From: Heterodontus francisci
Taxonomy: Eukaryota
DNA length: 64,000 bases
Direction: 5' to 3'
Assembly (NCBI RefSeq): GCF_036365525.1
Contig: NW_027140807.1
Location: forward strand, 620,001-684,000
Below the pieces are notes generated by a model. It worked only from the letters and a program-made list of their open reading frames with translations, made no database searches and was not told the origin of the DNA. Made by a program: the position numbers and the translations under genes. Shown here in pieces: positions 23,373-36,064 of this stretch (its first letter is position 1; each line of letters begins with the position of its first letter).

Positions 23373-24675
23373 CACTTGTGCTCTTCTGAACTCGCTGTCA
23401 GGAGGCAGGTGTCCCAGAGATGAAGTTATCTGGAGAGGGATCTCGCCTTTGAACAGTGTGAAACAGCGCTCAGATGGTTAAGGGTATCGAGCTGAGTTAG
23501 TTCCTGTTCATTGATGGGTTGTTCGCCTCTGTGTAGTGAAGGTTAGAGGGAGATTAACAAGACTGGTACCAGGGATGAGGGAGTTCAATTACTTTGGAGA
23601 GACTGGAGAAGCTGGGGGTTTCTCTCCTGAGAGCAGAGACGTTTAATGGTTGATGTGATACAGATATTGAAGATGATAAAAGATTTTGATAGATAATTGA
23701 TGACAAAACACATCATCTACTGGTCAATGTATAGAAAATCCCGGAAAAGATGGTCATTCATTATATTAGTGCAGCATGTTTAATTAGTTCATACAAAGTG
23801 TAATCACCTGAAGATAGAGTTGGATAGATAGAGAGACAGAGAGATAGATCACCAGGTAGAGAGATAGATTTATAGAGAGAGAGGTAGAGAAATAGAGAGT
23901 TGGAGGGAAAGTCAGACAGGTAGAGAAATAGCGAGCTACATAGAGAGACAGTCACTGCCCCTGTAAAAGACAGGAATGTTAATTCGCATTCGACCATTTT
24001 ACGCCGGCTTTGGAACTAGTGGTAGAGTGGGGAATAGAGAGAGAGAGGGAGCGAGAGAGATGGAGAGAGAGGGATGGAGAGAGAGGGATGGAAAGAGAGG
24101 GATGGAGAGAGAGGGATGGAGAGAGGGAGCGACAGAAAGTTATTGATAAGTCACGAACTCATTGAAGGGCGGAGTGTTTTCGAGGTGATGAAAGTTCTCC
24201 TTGTGTTCCCAGGTCACTGTTAAACTGTGTTCCAGACTCTGATGTTTATCATGGTCCAACAGCGCACTCTGCTGTCCCTTTGGAGAAAGAAAACGCAGTG
24301 AAATAAAACCACACCGTATCTATCTTTCTGTCTATCTGACTGTCTGCCTGTCTGTTTTTATCTGATCTTCATTTCAGATATTGAAATCTTTAATAATCTC
24401 TCTAAGACCGCTGAAAGTTTACTCTTGTCTTCTCCTTTCTGGAGAAATAATCCCCCGATGTTCAAACTTTCTTGATAACTTTAACCTCTGTGTTCTGATA
24501 TCATTCCTGTCAAGTCTGTTTCACAATTCCCCTGTGTTTCTATATTTAACCTCTCAATTTCTATTTAAATCCGCCCTGTCTTCTTGTGAAAAACATGTTC
24601 CCAATGATAAAAACACCCAACAGGACGCAACACCGCCTGGTTTTATCTGAAACATGTATTTCCTGCTGCCTTTGG

Positions 24676-24714
24676 GGTTTTTGTTGAAATGCTCCATCGC
24701 TCTGAGTCACTGTG
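24676..24714 (-). other. Canonical 23-RSS of V8
   Basis: CACAGTG-23-ACAAAAACC. Confidence 0.95.
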
Positions 24715-25170
24715 AAGACTCCAGGCACAGAAATACACGGCCGAGTGATTCTCCCACAGGCTGGAGGTCTCCAGGTTGAACTCGTACTCATTCAGTCTCT
24801 CAGCGGTGAAACCATCCACCGTCCCCTCTGGATCCACATAGTTAGCAATACTGGAGTAAAACATCAACAGCGGCTCCTTCCCCGGCTCTTGTCTGTACCA
24901 GTACATGTAGATGTTACTGCTGCTCCCCTCCACAGTGCACCTCAGTTCCACTCCTTTCCCGGGAAATCTGGAGACAGCGGCGGGAGTCTGGTGGATAGTC
25001 TGTGAGTTCACATCTGGGAGAGAGATGGAGAGAGGAGGAGATCAGTAAACAGGGAGCATCTGGGAATGAAAGGGAGACAGGGAGAGGAGAGGAAGGTTAT
25101 TAACGATAATCTTTGTATTTCACACTCACTTACAATGAAACAGGATTATCAGACACAGTAACAGATACAT
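24715..25170 (-). CDS. TRBV: TCR beta V segment V8, apparently functional (TRBV30-like)
   Basis: Leader 25170-25134; V exon 25013-24715 open, ends CAWS. Confidence 0.93.
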
Positions 25171-25718
25171 CTTTCACTTCAACTTGTTCTGTTAATGGAC
25201 ACAGGAGTGACAGCAGGAGCTTAGAGTCTTGTGAAGGTCCAAATCCACTCTTTACAAATCATTGGGAGGAACATGAAGAGCATTAGGAAGTGATACAATG
25301 ATGGAGACGCCCATTCCCCCAATTCAACAAATGAGAATTGAATTGGCTGCCAATCTGCTTATTTTTTAAGCAATTAGGCACTAATAGTGGCAGAAATCCT
25401 GCAAAGCTTTTTAGGTCCCAACTGTTGCACAGCTGTGTTTTTTACAGTGAATGATTAATATGATGGTTGTAGGGTTACTAATTCAGCAAATTACTGACGA
25501 GATTAAATGATTGATTCCTGATAGTTACATTCTGAGATCTCGTTACATCCTTATTAATCGTTCATTGCACCCTCGGCAGTACCTGTAAATCTAGTGTGTC
25601 ACTACAATCATAACTCAACTCTTTTTATTGTAACAAACACTTTCACTCTGCATAAGGAAACAACAGGTAGAGGCACCAAACGGTTTTACCCTCCACAGGT
25701 GTTTCCTGCTGCCTTTAG

Positions 25719-25757
25719 GGTTTTTGTTGAACTGCTCCATCTCTCTGAGTCACTGTG
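25719..25757 (-). other. Canonical 23-RSS of V9
   Basis: CACAGTG-23-ACAAAAACC. Confidence 0.95.
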
Positions 25758-26242
25758 ATCTCTCCAGGCACAGAAATACACGGCCGAGTGATTCTCCCGC
25801 AGGCTGGAGGACTGCAGGTTGAACTCGGAGTCAGTCGGTCTCTCGGCGGTGAAACCCTCCACCGTCTCCTCTGAGTTCACCCTTTGTGCAGTTAGGGAGT
25901 AAAACATCAGCTGTGGCTCCTTCCCCGGGTATTCTCTGTACCAGTACATGTAAGGGTTACTGGTGCCATCCACGGTGCATTTCAGCTTCACCTGCTCCTC
26001 AGAAAATTTGGAGACAGAGGCGGGAGTCTGGTGGATAGTCTGTGAGTTCACATCTGGGAAAGAGACAGGGAGAGGAGGAGATCAATAAACAGGGAAATTC
26101 AGTCCAGTGGGTAGAGAGAAAGAGAGAGTAGGAGAGAACGAAATAAATAAAACCATATCCTAAAGAAATGTTAAGTAGAATTATTGTTTCAATAAAATCC
26201 CTTACGGTGAAACAGGGTGATCAGAGTCAGTAACAGATACAT
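25758..26242 (-). CDS. TRBV: TCR beta V segment V9, apparently functional (TRBV30-like)
   Basis: Leader 26242-26206; V exon 26053-25758 open (CTVDGTSNPYMYWYRE...CAWRD). Confidence 0.93.
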
Positions 26243-26510
26243 CTTTTACTTGAAGCTGCCTTCTGAATCTGCAAAGGGGAGAGAGCAGGAGTGATGAGTG
26301 TTTTCAATAACCAACCCACTCTTTACAAATCATTGGGAGGAACAGGGAGAGCATTATGAAGTGATGCAGAGATGGTGACGTTCATTTCCCACATCAACAA
26401 ATGAGAATCGAGTTGGTTGCCAATGTCCCACTTTCTCTCTCTCTCTCTGTCTCTCCCTGTCCTTTACTTGTGATGCTCCTTTCTTCCTCTCTGTCTCTCT
26501 TCTATGCCTC

Positions 26511-29500
26511 CCTATATGTCTCAGTCTGTTTATTTCAGTCTCTCTCTCACAGATACACACACATTAGGTCTCTCTCTCTCTCTTTGTTTGTCTCTCTGTC
26601 TCTCTCGCTGTGTGTGTGTCTCTCTCTCTCTTCTCTCTCTCTAAGGATGTGGATTTCCTTCTCCTGGTCATGTATATCAACCTGGAGGACTGTATGTTCT
26701 CTCACTGTTTCAGTTTTCCTGTGAACTCCTTCTCAAAAGCCATTGTACATCACATGGTCCTAGAGCTTCCTCAGCTGTCCCTGTGGTCAAAACATAAACA
26801 GTGTCAGTCTATAACGGCCCCAGTCCTTTTATTGTTATTCTTTCCTGATAGTTACAATCCTGAGATCACGGGATATTCTTATTCAATGAGTTGGAAGATG
26901 AATGGGCACGGATACAAAGCTGTGCATGTGTGTGCGTGTGTTTTTCACTCGCTCTGTCTTTAGTTCACTGTCTCCCTCTGTTTTAGTGCTTACTGTCTTT
27001 CTCTCCCTGTCTCATTCTGTGTGTGTGTGTGTCTGTCACCCAATCTGTCTCACTCTCTTCCTCTGTGTTTTTTTTGCTTTTCTCTCGCACTTCCTTCTTC
27101 CCCCTCTCTGTCCTCCTCTCTCTCCTCTGTCTGTCTCTATGTCTCAGTCGCTTTCCCTCAGTCGCTTTCTCTCAGTCTCTCTCTCTCAGTCTCTCTCTCT
27201 CAGTCTCTCTAACGCTCTCTCTCTCTGTCCCTCTCTCACTCTCTGTCTCGCTCTGTCTCTCAGTCTCTCTCTCTGTCTCTCTGTCTCAGTGTCTCTGTCT
27301 CAGTCTCTTCCTCTGTGTTTTTTGTTTTCCCTCTCGCTCTTTCTTGTTCCCCCTCTCTGTCCTCCTCGCTCTCCTCTCTCTTCTCCTCTCTGTCTCAATC
27401 TCTCTTTCTCAGTCTCTCTCTCAGTCTCTCTCTGTCTCAGGCTCAGTCTCTCTGTCTCTTTGTCTCAGTCTATCTGTCCCAGTCTCTGTCTCTCTGTCTC
27501 AGTCTCTCTGTCGCTGTCAGTTTTCCTCTCAATCTTGTTCTATCCCTCTCTCACACACTCGGTCTCCTTCTCTTTGTCTCTCTCGTTGAGTGTGTGTGTA
27601 TCCCTCTCGAAGGTGATGAATGTGCTTCTCCTGTCAATGTGTATGAAGCTCGAGGGCTGTATGATCTCTGCCTCTTTCTGTTTTCCTATTAAATGTTTGC
27701 CAGGCCATTGTGTATTCATGGTCCTAGAGCACCCTCTGTTAACCCTACAGAGGAGGAAAACTCAGTGTCAATGCAGAAGAACTCAAGTCGTTTTATAATT
27801 GATCTTTCCTGATAGTTAGAACCTCAGATCTCGTGTTATCCTTGTCAATTGTTCTTAGCACATTCTCTACTACCTGTATATCTAATCTCTCACTACCACT
27901 CTGACCCATCTCTTCTTGTTATCATAAACACTTTCGCTCTGCAAAACAAAAGAAATTCGAGGCTTCGGGCAGTTTTACCCTCCACAGGTGTTTCCTGCTG
28001 CCTTTGGGGTTTTTGTTGAACTGCTCCAACTCTCTGAGTCACTGTAATCTCTCCAGGTACAGAAATACACTGCCGTGTGATTCTTCCGCAGGCTGGAGGG
28101 CTCCAGATTGAACTGGGAGCTAGTCAGTCTCTCGGCGGTGAAACCGTCCACCGCCTTCTCCGGATTTATGTGATCAGTACCTGTGGAGTAAAACATAAAC
28201 TGTGGCTCCTTCCCCGGGTATTGTCTGTACCAGAACATGTCAGGGTTACTGCTGCCCTGCACGGTGCATTTCAGCTTCACCTGCTGCTCAGAAAATTTGG
28301 AGACAGCGGCGGGAGTCTGGTGGATAGTCTGTGTGTTCACATCTGGGAAAGAGACATGGAGAGGAGGAGATCAGTAAACAGGGAACTTCAGTCCAGTGGG
28401 AGAGAGAAAGAGAGAAATAAATAAATAAAAACATCACCTAAAGAAATGTTAAGTAGAATTATTGTTTCAATAAAATGCCTTACGGTGAAACAGGTTGATC
28501 AGAGTCAGTAACGGATACATCATTTACTTTAAGCTGCCCTCTGAATCAGCAAAGGGGAGAGAGCAGGAGCGATGAGTGTTGTCAATAACCAACCCACTCT
28601 TTACAAATCATTGGGAGGAACAGGAAGGGCATTAGGAAGTGATGCAGAGATGGTGACGCCCAGGTAAACAAGTCAGAGTGGAGTAGGTTGACAATGTCTC
28701 TCTCTCTCTCTCTATTTGCATATATCCAGCTTTATGTCTACAACTCTTTCACTCTCTTTCTCTCTCTGTATCTGTGTGTGTTTGTGTGTGTGTGCATCTT
28801 TCTGTCTCTGTCTCCCTCTGTCCCGTTCATTTCCACTGAGCTTTTCCTCACGACGTCTCCCTGATTCACCCTCTCTGTCTCTATGTTTCATCACCGGATT
28901 GATTGAGAACCAGAGGTCATTTATTGAAGGTAATTGGCAGAAGATCCAAAGGTGAACTGAGGAAACGTTTTGACACAGTGAATGGTTAGGATCTGGAATG
29001 CACTACCTGAGAGTGCGGGGGAGGCAGATTCAATCGTGGCTTTCAAAAGGAATTTTGAATAATTATGTGTAAGGAAAATGTGCAGTGTTATGTAGAAAGG
29101 GCAGGGGGAGTGGGACCAGCTGCAGAGACCAAATACAGCAACAGGCTAACAGCATTGTGGAACATCCTGCATTCAGGCTGCAAGTGTGACCCTGAGATTC
29201 TGGTTAGCGGATACTTTTAATTCTCATTCCCACTCCCACCCTGACCTCTCTGTCCTCGACCTCCTTCTCTGCTCCAGTGAAGCTCAACAGAAACTCGAAG
29301 AAAAGCACCTCATCTTTCAATTGGATTCTTTACAGCTTTCTGGGCTCAACAGTGAGTTAAACAATTTCTGATCATAACCACTGCTCCAGTTTGTATGGGC
29401 AGAGGTTTGTTGGTAATGATTGTGTTTCTGCCATTTCCATCTCCACTAGACCCATCTCTTGTTCTTTACTTGACCCATTAACATCCCCTTTGTCTTGCAC

Positions 29501-29960
29501 CAGCCTTAGTTTTGTTATTAAATCTCTCCTGCATTCCTCCGATTCTCCCTCTCCCTGGCTTTGTGCTGCTTAAAAGTTGATAGACCTCTAAATCCTTCCA
29601 GTTCTGCTGAATGATCTAGGACCTGATATGTTAATTTTTCCCCCTCCACAGAGGCTGTCTGACCTGATTAGTATTTCCATCCTTATTTATTTATAACCCA
29701 GAAACGCAATGAGCACCAATATAGTGACAGAGCCCCAAGAACCTAAACCATCCAGCATCTGCGGTATCTTGTGTTCAGTTCACCAGACTGTAACCGGGAT
29801 GTAGTTCTTTAATTATCAGGAGAGGTTCATAGACACGTTTCAAAGTCCCTATTGAAACATCATCAATAATCTGATCCTTATCACGGTCCTACACCGCCCT
29901 CTGCTGTCACTGTGGAGAAAGACAACACTGTCAGTGAATAAAACACAACAGTGTCTGTAT
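26511..29960 (+). repeat. Near-identical segmental duplicate of 1-3450 (offset ~26.5 kb)
   Basis: Identical V protein and ORF-track twins (1473/27975, 813/27315, 2214/28716). Confidence 0.95.
28047..28523 (-). CDS. TRBV: TCR beta V segment V10 (duplicate of V1); open ORF, RSS heptamer defective
   Basis: Leader 28523-28484; V exon 28342-28047; RSS 28008-28046 is TACAGTG-23-ACAAAAACC. Confidence 0.9.
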
Positions 29961-30764
29961 ATCTATTTACCTATCTGTCTCTGTTCCNNNNNNNNNNNNN
30001 NNNNNNNNNNNNNNNNNNNNNNNNNNNNNNNNNNNNNNNNNNNNNNNNNNNNNNNNNNNNNNNNNNNNNNNNNNNNNNNNNNNNNNNNNNNNNNNNNNNN
30101 NNNNNNNNNNNNNNNNNNNNNNNNNNNNNNNNNNNNNNNNNNNNNNNNNNNNNNNNNNNNNNNNNNNTACCTATCGACCTAACTACCTATCTACCTATCT
30201 NNNNNNNNNNNNNNNNNNNNNNNNNNNNNNNNNNNNNNNNNNNNNNNNNNNNNNNNNNNNNNNNNNNNNNNNNNNNNNNNNNNNNNNNNNNNNNNNNNNN
30301 NNNNNNNNNNNNNNNNNNNNNNNNNNNNNNNNNNNNNNNNNNNNNNNNNNNNNNNNNNNNNNNNNNNNNNNNNNNNNNNNNNNNNNNNNNNNNNNNNNNN
30401 NNNNNNNNNNNNNNNNNNNNNNNNNNNNNNNNNNNNNNNNNNNNNNNNNNNNNNNNNNNNNNNNNNNCATGAAACCCTTTCATAATCTCTCTATGAACTC
30501 TAAAGTTTCATCCTGAAGTCTTCTCGTTTCTGGTGAAACGATCCCCCAGCCTGTTCAGACTTCCTTGATCGTTATGACTTCTCAGTACCGGTATCATTCC
30601 TCTAAATTGTATCTCACAATTTTCCACTGTCTCTGAATCTAATTTCTTTCTATTTCAATCCGCTCTGTCTTCTTGTGAAAAACATGTTCCCATTGATAAA
30701 AACACCCAACAGGGTGCAGCACCGCCTGGTTTTATCTGAAACAGGTGTTTCCTGTTGCCTTTGG

Positions 30765-30803
30765 GGTTTTTATTGAACTGCTCCATCTCTCTGAGTCACT
30801 GTT
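30765..30803 (-). other. 23-RSS of V11, heptamer AACAGTG
   Basis: AACAGTG-23-ATAAAAACC. Confidence 0.9.
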
Positions 30804-31256
30804 AGGACTCCAGGCACAGAAATACACCGCAGAGTGATTCTCCTGCAGGCTGGAAGACTCCAGGTTGAACTGGTAGTCAGTCGGTCTCTCGGCTGTGAAA
30901 CCGTCCACCATCCCCTCTGGATCCACATAGTTAGCAGTATTGGAATAAAACATCAACAGTGGCTCCTTCCCCGGGTATTGTCTGTACCAGTACATTCTAG
31001 CAGTACTGGTGCCCTCCACAGTGCACCTCAGTTCCACTGCCTCTCCACGCAATCTGGAGACAGCGGCTGGAATCTGGTGGATCGTCTGTGAGTTCACATC
31101 TGGGAGAGAGATGGAGAGAGGAGGAGATCAGTAAACAGGGAACTTCTAGGAATGAAAGGGAGACAGGGAGAGGAGAGGAAGGTTATTAAAGATAGTTTTT
31201 GTATTTCACACTCACTTACAGTGAAACAGGATTATCAGACCCAGTAACTGATACAT
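30804..31256 (-). CDS. TRBV: TCR beta V segment V11; open ORF, RSS heptamer defective
   Basis: Leader 31256-31220; V exon 31099-30804 open, ends CAWS. Confidence 0.9.
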
Positions 31257-32342
31257 CTTTCACTATAACCTGTTCTCTTAATAGACACAGGAGTGAGAGC
31301 AGGAGCTTAGAGTCTTGTGAGGGTCCAAATCCACTCTTGACAAATCATTCGGAGGAACATGAAGAGCATTAGGAAGTGATACAATGTTGGTGACGCCCAT
31401 TCCCCCAGGTCAACAAATCAGAATTGAATTGGTTGCCAATCTCCTTCTCTCTCTCTGTCTCTCTCTCTCTCTATCTCAGTTTACCTTCCGCTCTCTTGCG
31501 CTCTCTCTCTGTCTCTCCTCATGTGTCTCGGGTTATGTCTCCCACTCTCTTCCTTTCTCAGACTCTCTCTCCCTCTCTATCTCAGTCTATCTTCACTCAC
31601 TTTCTCTCTCTGACTCTCCCTCTCCACTCATGTATCTCGGGTCATGTCTCCCACTCTCTCATTCTCTCTGACTCTCCTTCTCTCTTACTCTTACTATCTC
31701 TTTAGTTCTTTCTCTGTCTCTCTCGAGATCTATTTCCCTATCTGCCGCAGGCTCTTTATCTCAGTCTCTCTTTCTCTCTCTCTCTCTCTCTGTCCCTCTC
31801 TCCCTCTGTCTCTCATTATGTGTCTCTTGCTGTCTCGCTGTCTTTGACTCCAGCTCTGTCTCCCTCTTTGTCTCAGTCTCTTTAACACTGTCTGCCGTTT
31901 TTCCTCTCTCTCACTAGATCTCTCTCTCACACACGCACTCTTTCTCTCTCTAATGAAGTGGGTGTCCTTGTCCTGTTGATGTATGTCAAGCTGGATCTAC
32001 ATGGATCTCCTGCTCTTTCAATTTTCTCACTAAATTCTTCTCAAAGCTATTGTCCGTTCCATGGTCCTGGATCCCCCTCTGCTGTCCCTGTGGAGAAGGT
32101 AAACACAGGGTCATAAAAACCCAGATTATTGTCATTGATTCCTGATAGTTACATTCTGAGATCTCGTGACATCCTTATTAATCGTTCATTGCACCCTCGG
32201 CAGCACCTGTAAATCTAGTGTGTCACTACAATCATAACTCAACTCTTTTTATTGCAATAAACACTGTCACTCTGCATGAGGGAACAGTAGGTCGAGGCAC
32301 TGAGCAATTTTATCTGAAACAGGTGTTTCCTGCTGCCTTTGG

Positions 32343-32466
32343 GGTTGTTGTTGAACGGCTCCATCTCTCTGAGTCACTGTGATCTCTCCAGGCACAGAAA
32401 TACACGGCTGAGTGATTCTCCCGCAGGCTGGAGGTCTCCAGTTTGAAGTCGTATTTATTTAGTCTT
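32343..32466 (-). pseudogene. TRBV: TRBV relic V12: only the FR3 end and RSS remain
   Basis: KYDFKLETSSLRENHSAVYFCAWRD, then CACAGTG (32375-32381)-23-ACAACAACC; 5' part replaced by a LINE 3' fragment. Confidence 0.88.
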
Positions 32467-32800
32467 TGGGAGTAGATAGAGAAAAACTATTTCCGCTGGT
32501 TTGGGAATCTAGGACTAAGAGGCCAAGACTAAAAATTAGAGCCAGACCTTTCAGGAGTGAAATTAGGAAACACTTTTACACACAATGGGTGGAGAGGTTT
32601 GAACTCTCTTCTGCTAACGGAAATTGATGCTGAATCAATTGTTAATTTGAAATCGGAGATGGATAGGTTTTTGTGATCCAAAATAAATATTAAGGGATAT
32701 GGGGCAAAGGCGGGAATATGGAGTTAGATCATAGATCAGCCATGGTCTCATTGAATGGTGGTACAGAATTGAGGGCCTGAATGGCCCCTTCCTGTTCCTG
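32467..32800 (+). mobile_element. CR1 LINE 3' fragment truncating V12
   Basis: VDREKLFPLV..SRT.G..LKIR...HFYTQ-like coding plus a CR1-type 3' UTR. Confidence 0.75.
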
Positions 32801-32819
32801 CCTTTGTCTTAGCAGTTTC

Positions 32820-33430
32820 TGCTGGCATTGAATTCTGTATTTTGGGTAAAGAATTCTCCTCAACTCCTTATCGGATTTCAGTTTTTCTCAGCGTTTATTC
32901 TCTGTTTTATTCCTATCCTCTTCGTCCCCTAGTCTTTGTACAATCAGCTAATGGGAACAGTTTTTCTTTGTCTACTTTATCTAAACCTCTCTTCATTTTG
33001 TACACTTCTGTCAAATCTCCCCTCAATTTCCTTTGCTCCAAGGAGAACAACCCCAGCTTCACCAAACTAACCATGTAGCTAAAATCTCTCATCCCTGGAA
33101 CCATCCCGGTAAATCTCCTCTGCACCCTTTCAAGGACCCTACATCCTTCCTAAAGTGTGGTGACCAGAACCTGGCTCAGTACTCAAGTTGGGGCCTAACC
33201 AGAACCTCATATATGTTGAGCACAACCACCCTGCTTTTGTACTTTATACCTCTGTTCATGAATCCCAAGATCCCATAAGCTTCGTGAACCTCTCTCTCCA
33301 TATGTCCTGCCACCTTCAAAGATCTATGCACATTAACCCCCAGGTCCCTCTGCCCTTGAACACTCTTCAGGCCTGTGTCATTAAGTCTGTATTTCCTCTC
33401 TGTCTCCCTTCTTCCAAAATGCATCACCTG
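32820..33430 (-). mobile_element. Degenerate CR1 LINE fragment
   Basis: ORFs 33176-33481 (QRDLGV, LVRPQLEY) and 32913-33125 (QRRFT, LFSLEQRKLRGDL). Confidence 0.85.
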
Positions 33431-34334
33431 ATAGCAATGTAGTTCACTGTTAACTGCCTCTGAAATGGGCGAGCAAGTCATTCAGTTAAGGGCAATTCGG
33501 CACAGGTAATGAATGCTGACCTTGTCAGTGATGTGCACATCCCTGAATGTGTTTCTTTATATGAAATTCCTCCTTCTCCATTTTTCTTTCACTGTTTACT
33601 GACTTTGCTTCCCCTCTTTACTTCCTTCAGATCATCTGTTTTAGTATATCACAAGTGTTTGCTCAAACCAGTCACTATGAACGTGCAGACTTGGGGAAAT
33701 CCAGTTGTCTATTTTGTGTGGAATGGTTATGATTCTAATCTGTTTCAGTGTTAGTGGAATTGACTATTTGGTAGATTGGCCAAGTCACTGCTGCTTTGCT
33801 CGCTCAGTCTTTCCAGAAGCGAGTGGGACTCAGGCTGCGGTGGAGCTCCATCCCCATCTCGTGGCTGCAATGTGTAACTACAGGCACCTGAGATTTGCAC
33901 AGTGCAATTGATAAAATAGGCATTATGAAGACATGCTTTGAAATTGCTCCGTCTTCCCATTTTTTATCCATTGCTGCAGTTGGTGACGCTGGTGACATCG
34001 AATTAGATAGAATTTGCAGCACAGATTCAGGCTATTCGGCCCGATGGGTCCATGTTCCAGACTAGGCTGGGGCAGATGGCAGTGTAGTTGGCATATCACT
34101 GTGCCAGTAAACCAGAGGCTGGGGAGAATCTCCAGGTGAAATGCGTTCGAAACCCACCAGGTCAGATGGTGGAATTTAAATTCAATTAATGAATGAATAC
34201 AATTATTTCATTGGAAAATCTGCAATTGAATGCTGGTCTCAGTTAAGGCGCCCTGACACCCAGCTGGCTCACTCATGTCTTTTAGGGAAGGGAATCCGCC
34301 GCACTTACCTGGTCTGGCTTGCATGTGACTCCAG

Positions 34335-35530
34335 ACCCACAGAACACAAGAAATAGGAGCAGGTGCAGACCATATATCCCATCGAGCTTGCTACATCATT
34401 CAATACAATCATGGCGGATCTTGGGTTTCAATTTCACTTTCCTGCCTGCTCCCCATATCCCTTCATTTCCTGAGGGATCAAAAATCCCAGCCTTAAATGT
34501 ATTCAGTGAAGGAGCATCCACAACACTCTGGGGTAGAGAAATCCAAAGTTTCACAACCCTTTGAGTGAAGTCATTTCTCCTCATCTCAGTCCGGAATGAC
34601 TGATCCCTTATCCTGAGATTTCTCACTGCCTCTTTTCTTAAAAAGCCGTGGAACATTTGTTAGCTTTCAATCCGATGGGACCATTCCTGAATCTAAGGAA
34701 TTCTGGAAAATCATAACCAGCGCCCCCACTCTCTCTGCAGCTATCTCTTTTAGAACTCTGGTATATAATCCATCTGTTCCAGGGGACTTGTCAGATTTTA
34801 ATCCCTCAGGTTTCTCCAACGGTTTTTCTCAATTGATATGAATATCCTTAATTTCCTCACTCTTTTTAGGCCCCAGATAACTGCCTATTTCTGGGATGGA
34901 ACTTGTGTATTCAACTGTGAAGACAGGCACAAAATATTAGTTCAATTCCCCTGCTATTGCCCCATTCCCCATGATGATTTCACCTGCCTTTACCTCTAAG
35001 GAACCAACGTCAGCTTGAGCTACTCTCTTGCTTTTAATCTAATAGCTCCGACCATCTGTTTTGAGATTTCCGCTTAGCATATTCTCACATTTTATTCCCA
35101 CATCCGATGAAAGAACATGAACAATGTCTTCAACCAGCCCTATCAGTATGACGTGCTATTTCCTGCTCCCTAATGTTTTTATCCAGCATCCATTTACATA
35201 TATCTGGTTATACACATCATTTTTTCTGTGTGCTAGCGAATTCCACATTCTTACCACTCTGTGTAAATTCATTTCTTGGAGTTATTAGTGAGTATGATGT
35301 ATTCATGACCTTCCCTGCAAGTGCAGGCATCTTCTCTACCTCTCCCCTATTATATTCCTTCATAATCTTGAGCACCTCTATCAGGTCACCCCTCAGCCTT
35401 CTCTTGACTGGGGAAAAGAATCCCAGACTTTTCAATCTTTCCTGATAGTTATAACCTTTTGTGCTCTGGTATCATTCTTGTAAATCGTTTTTGCACTTCT
35501 GCTCGTACCACTCTGTGTAATATGGAGACC
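34335..35530 (-). mobile_element. Cluster of CR1 LINE fragments
   Basis: FTQRVVKLWISLP and RRLRGDLIEVLKIM motifs in ORFs 34396-34656 and 35217-35435. Confidence 0.75.
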
Positions 35531-36025
35531 AGCACTCTGCACAGCACTATAATAAAAGCAAAATACTGCGGATGCAGGAAATCTGAAATAAAAACAAGAA
35601 ATGCTGGAACCACTCAGCAGGTAGGGCACTCTACACAGCACTGCGGATTTGGTCCAACTAAGATTGATGGAGACCAGAACTGTACACAGGGCTCCAGAAG
35701 CGCTCTAAGTAAGGTATTTGGAAGTCAGAACTGTCCCCAGCACTTCAGGTGTCGTCTACACAAGGCATATAGAGCTGAGAATTGTGCACAGTGCACCAGG
35801 TGTGGTCGAACCGAGGTACGTGTTGAAGAGCCGTTCTATGAACCATTATTCAGGTGTGGGCACAGACAGTGTGTGATGCCTGTCTGGAGGCTGTGGAGAG
35901 TTAGAACATGGGAGTTCTGCGACTCGAACGGGCACTGAACAGATGCAGTTCCGCATCCGATCACCCAGGGCTGCTCTTCACCGAATGATGGGTTAAATGC
36001 CCCCGTTAGAAGGGAGACGTGTGAG

Positions 36026-36064
36026 GGTTTTTGTCAAGGCGGCCAATGACTCTGAACCGCTGTG
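36026..36064 (-). other. 23-RSS of V13
   Basis: CACAGCG-23-ACAAAAACC. Confidence 0.92.
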
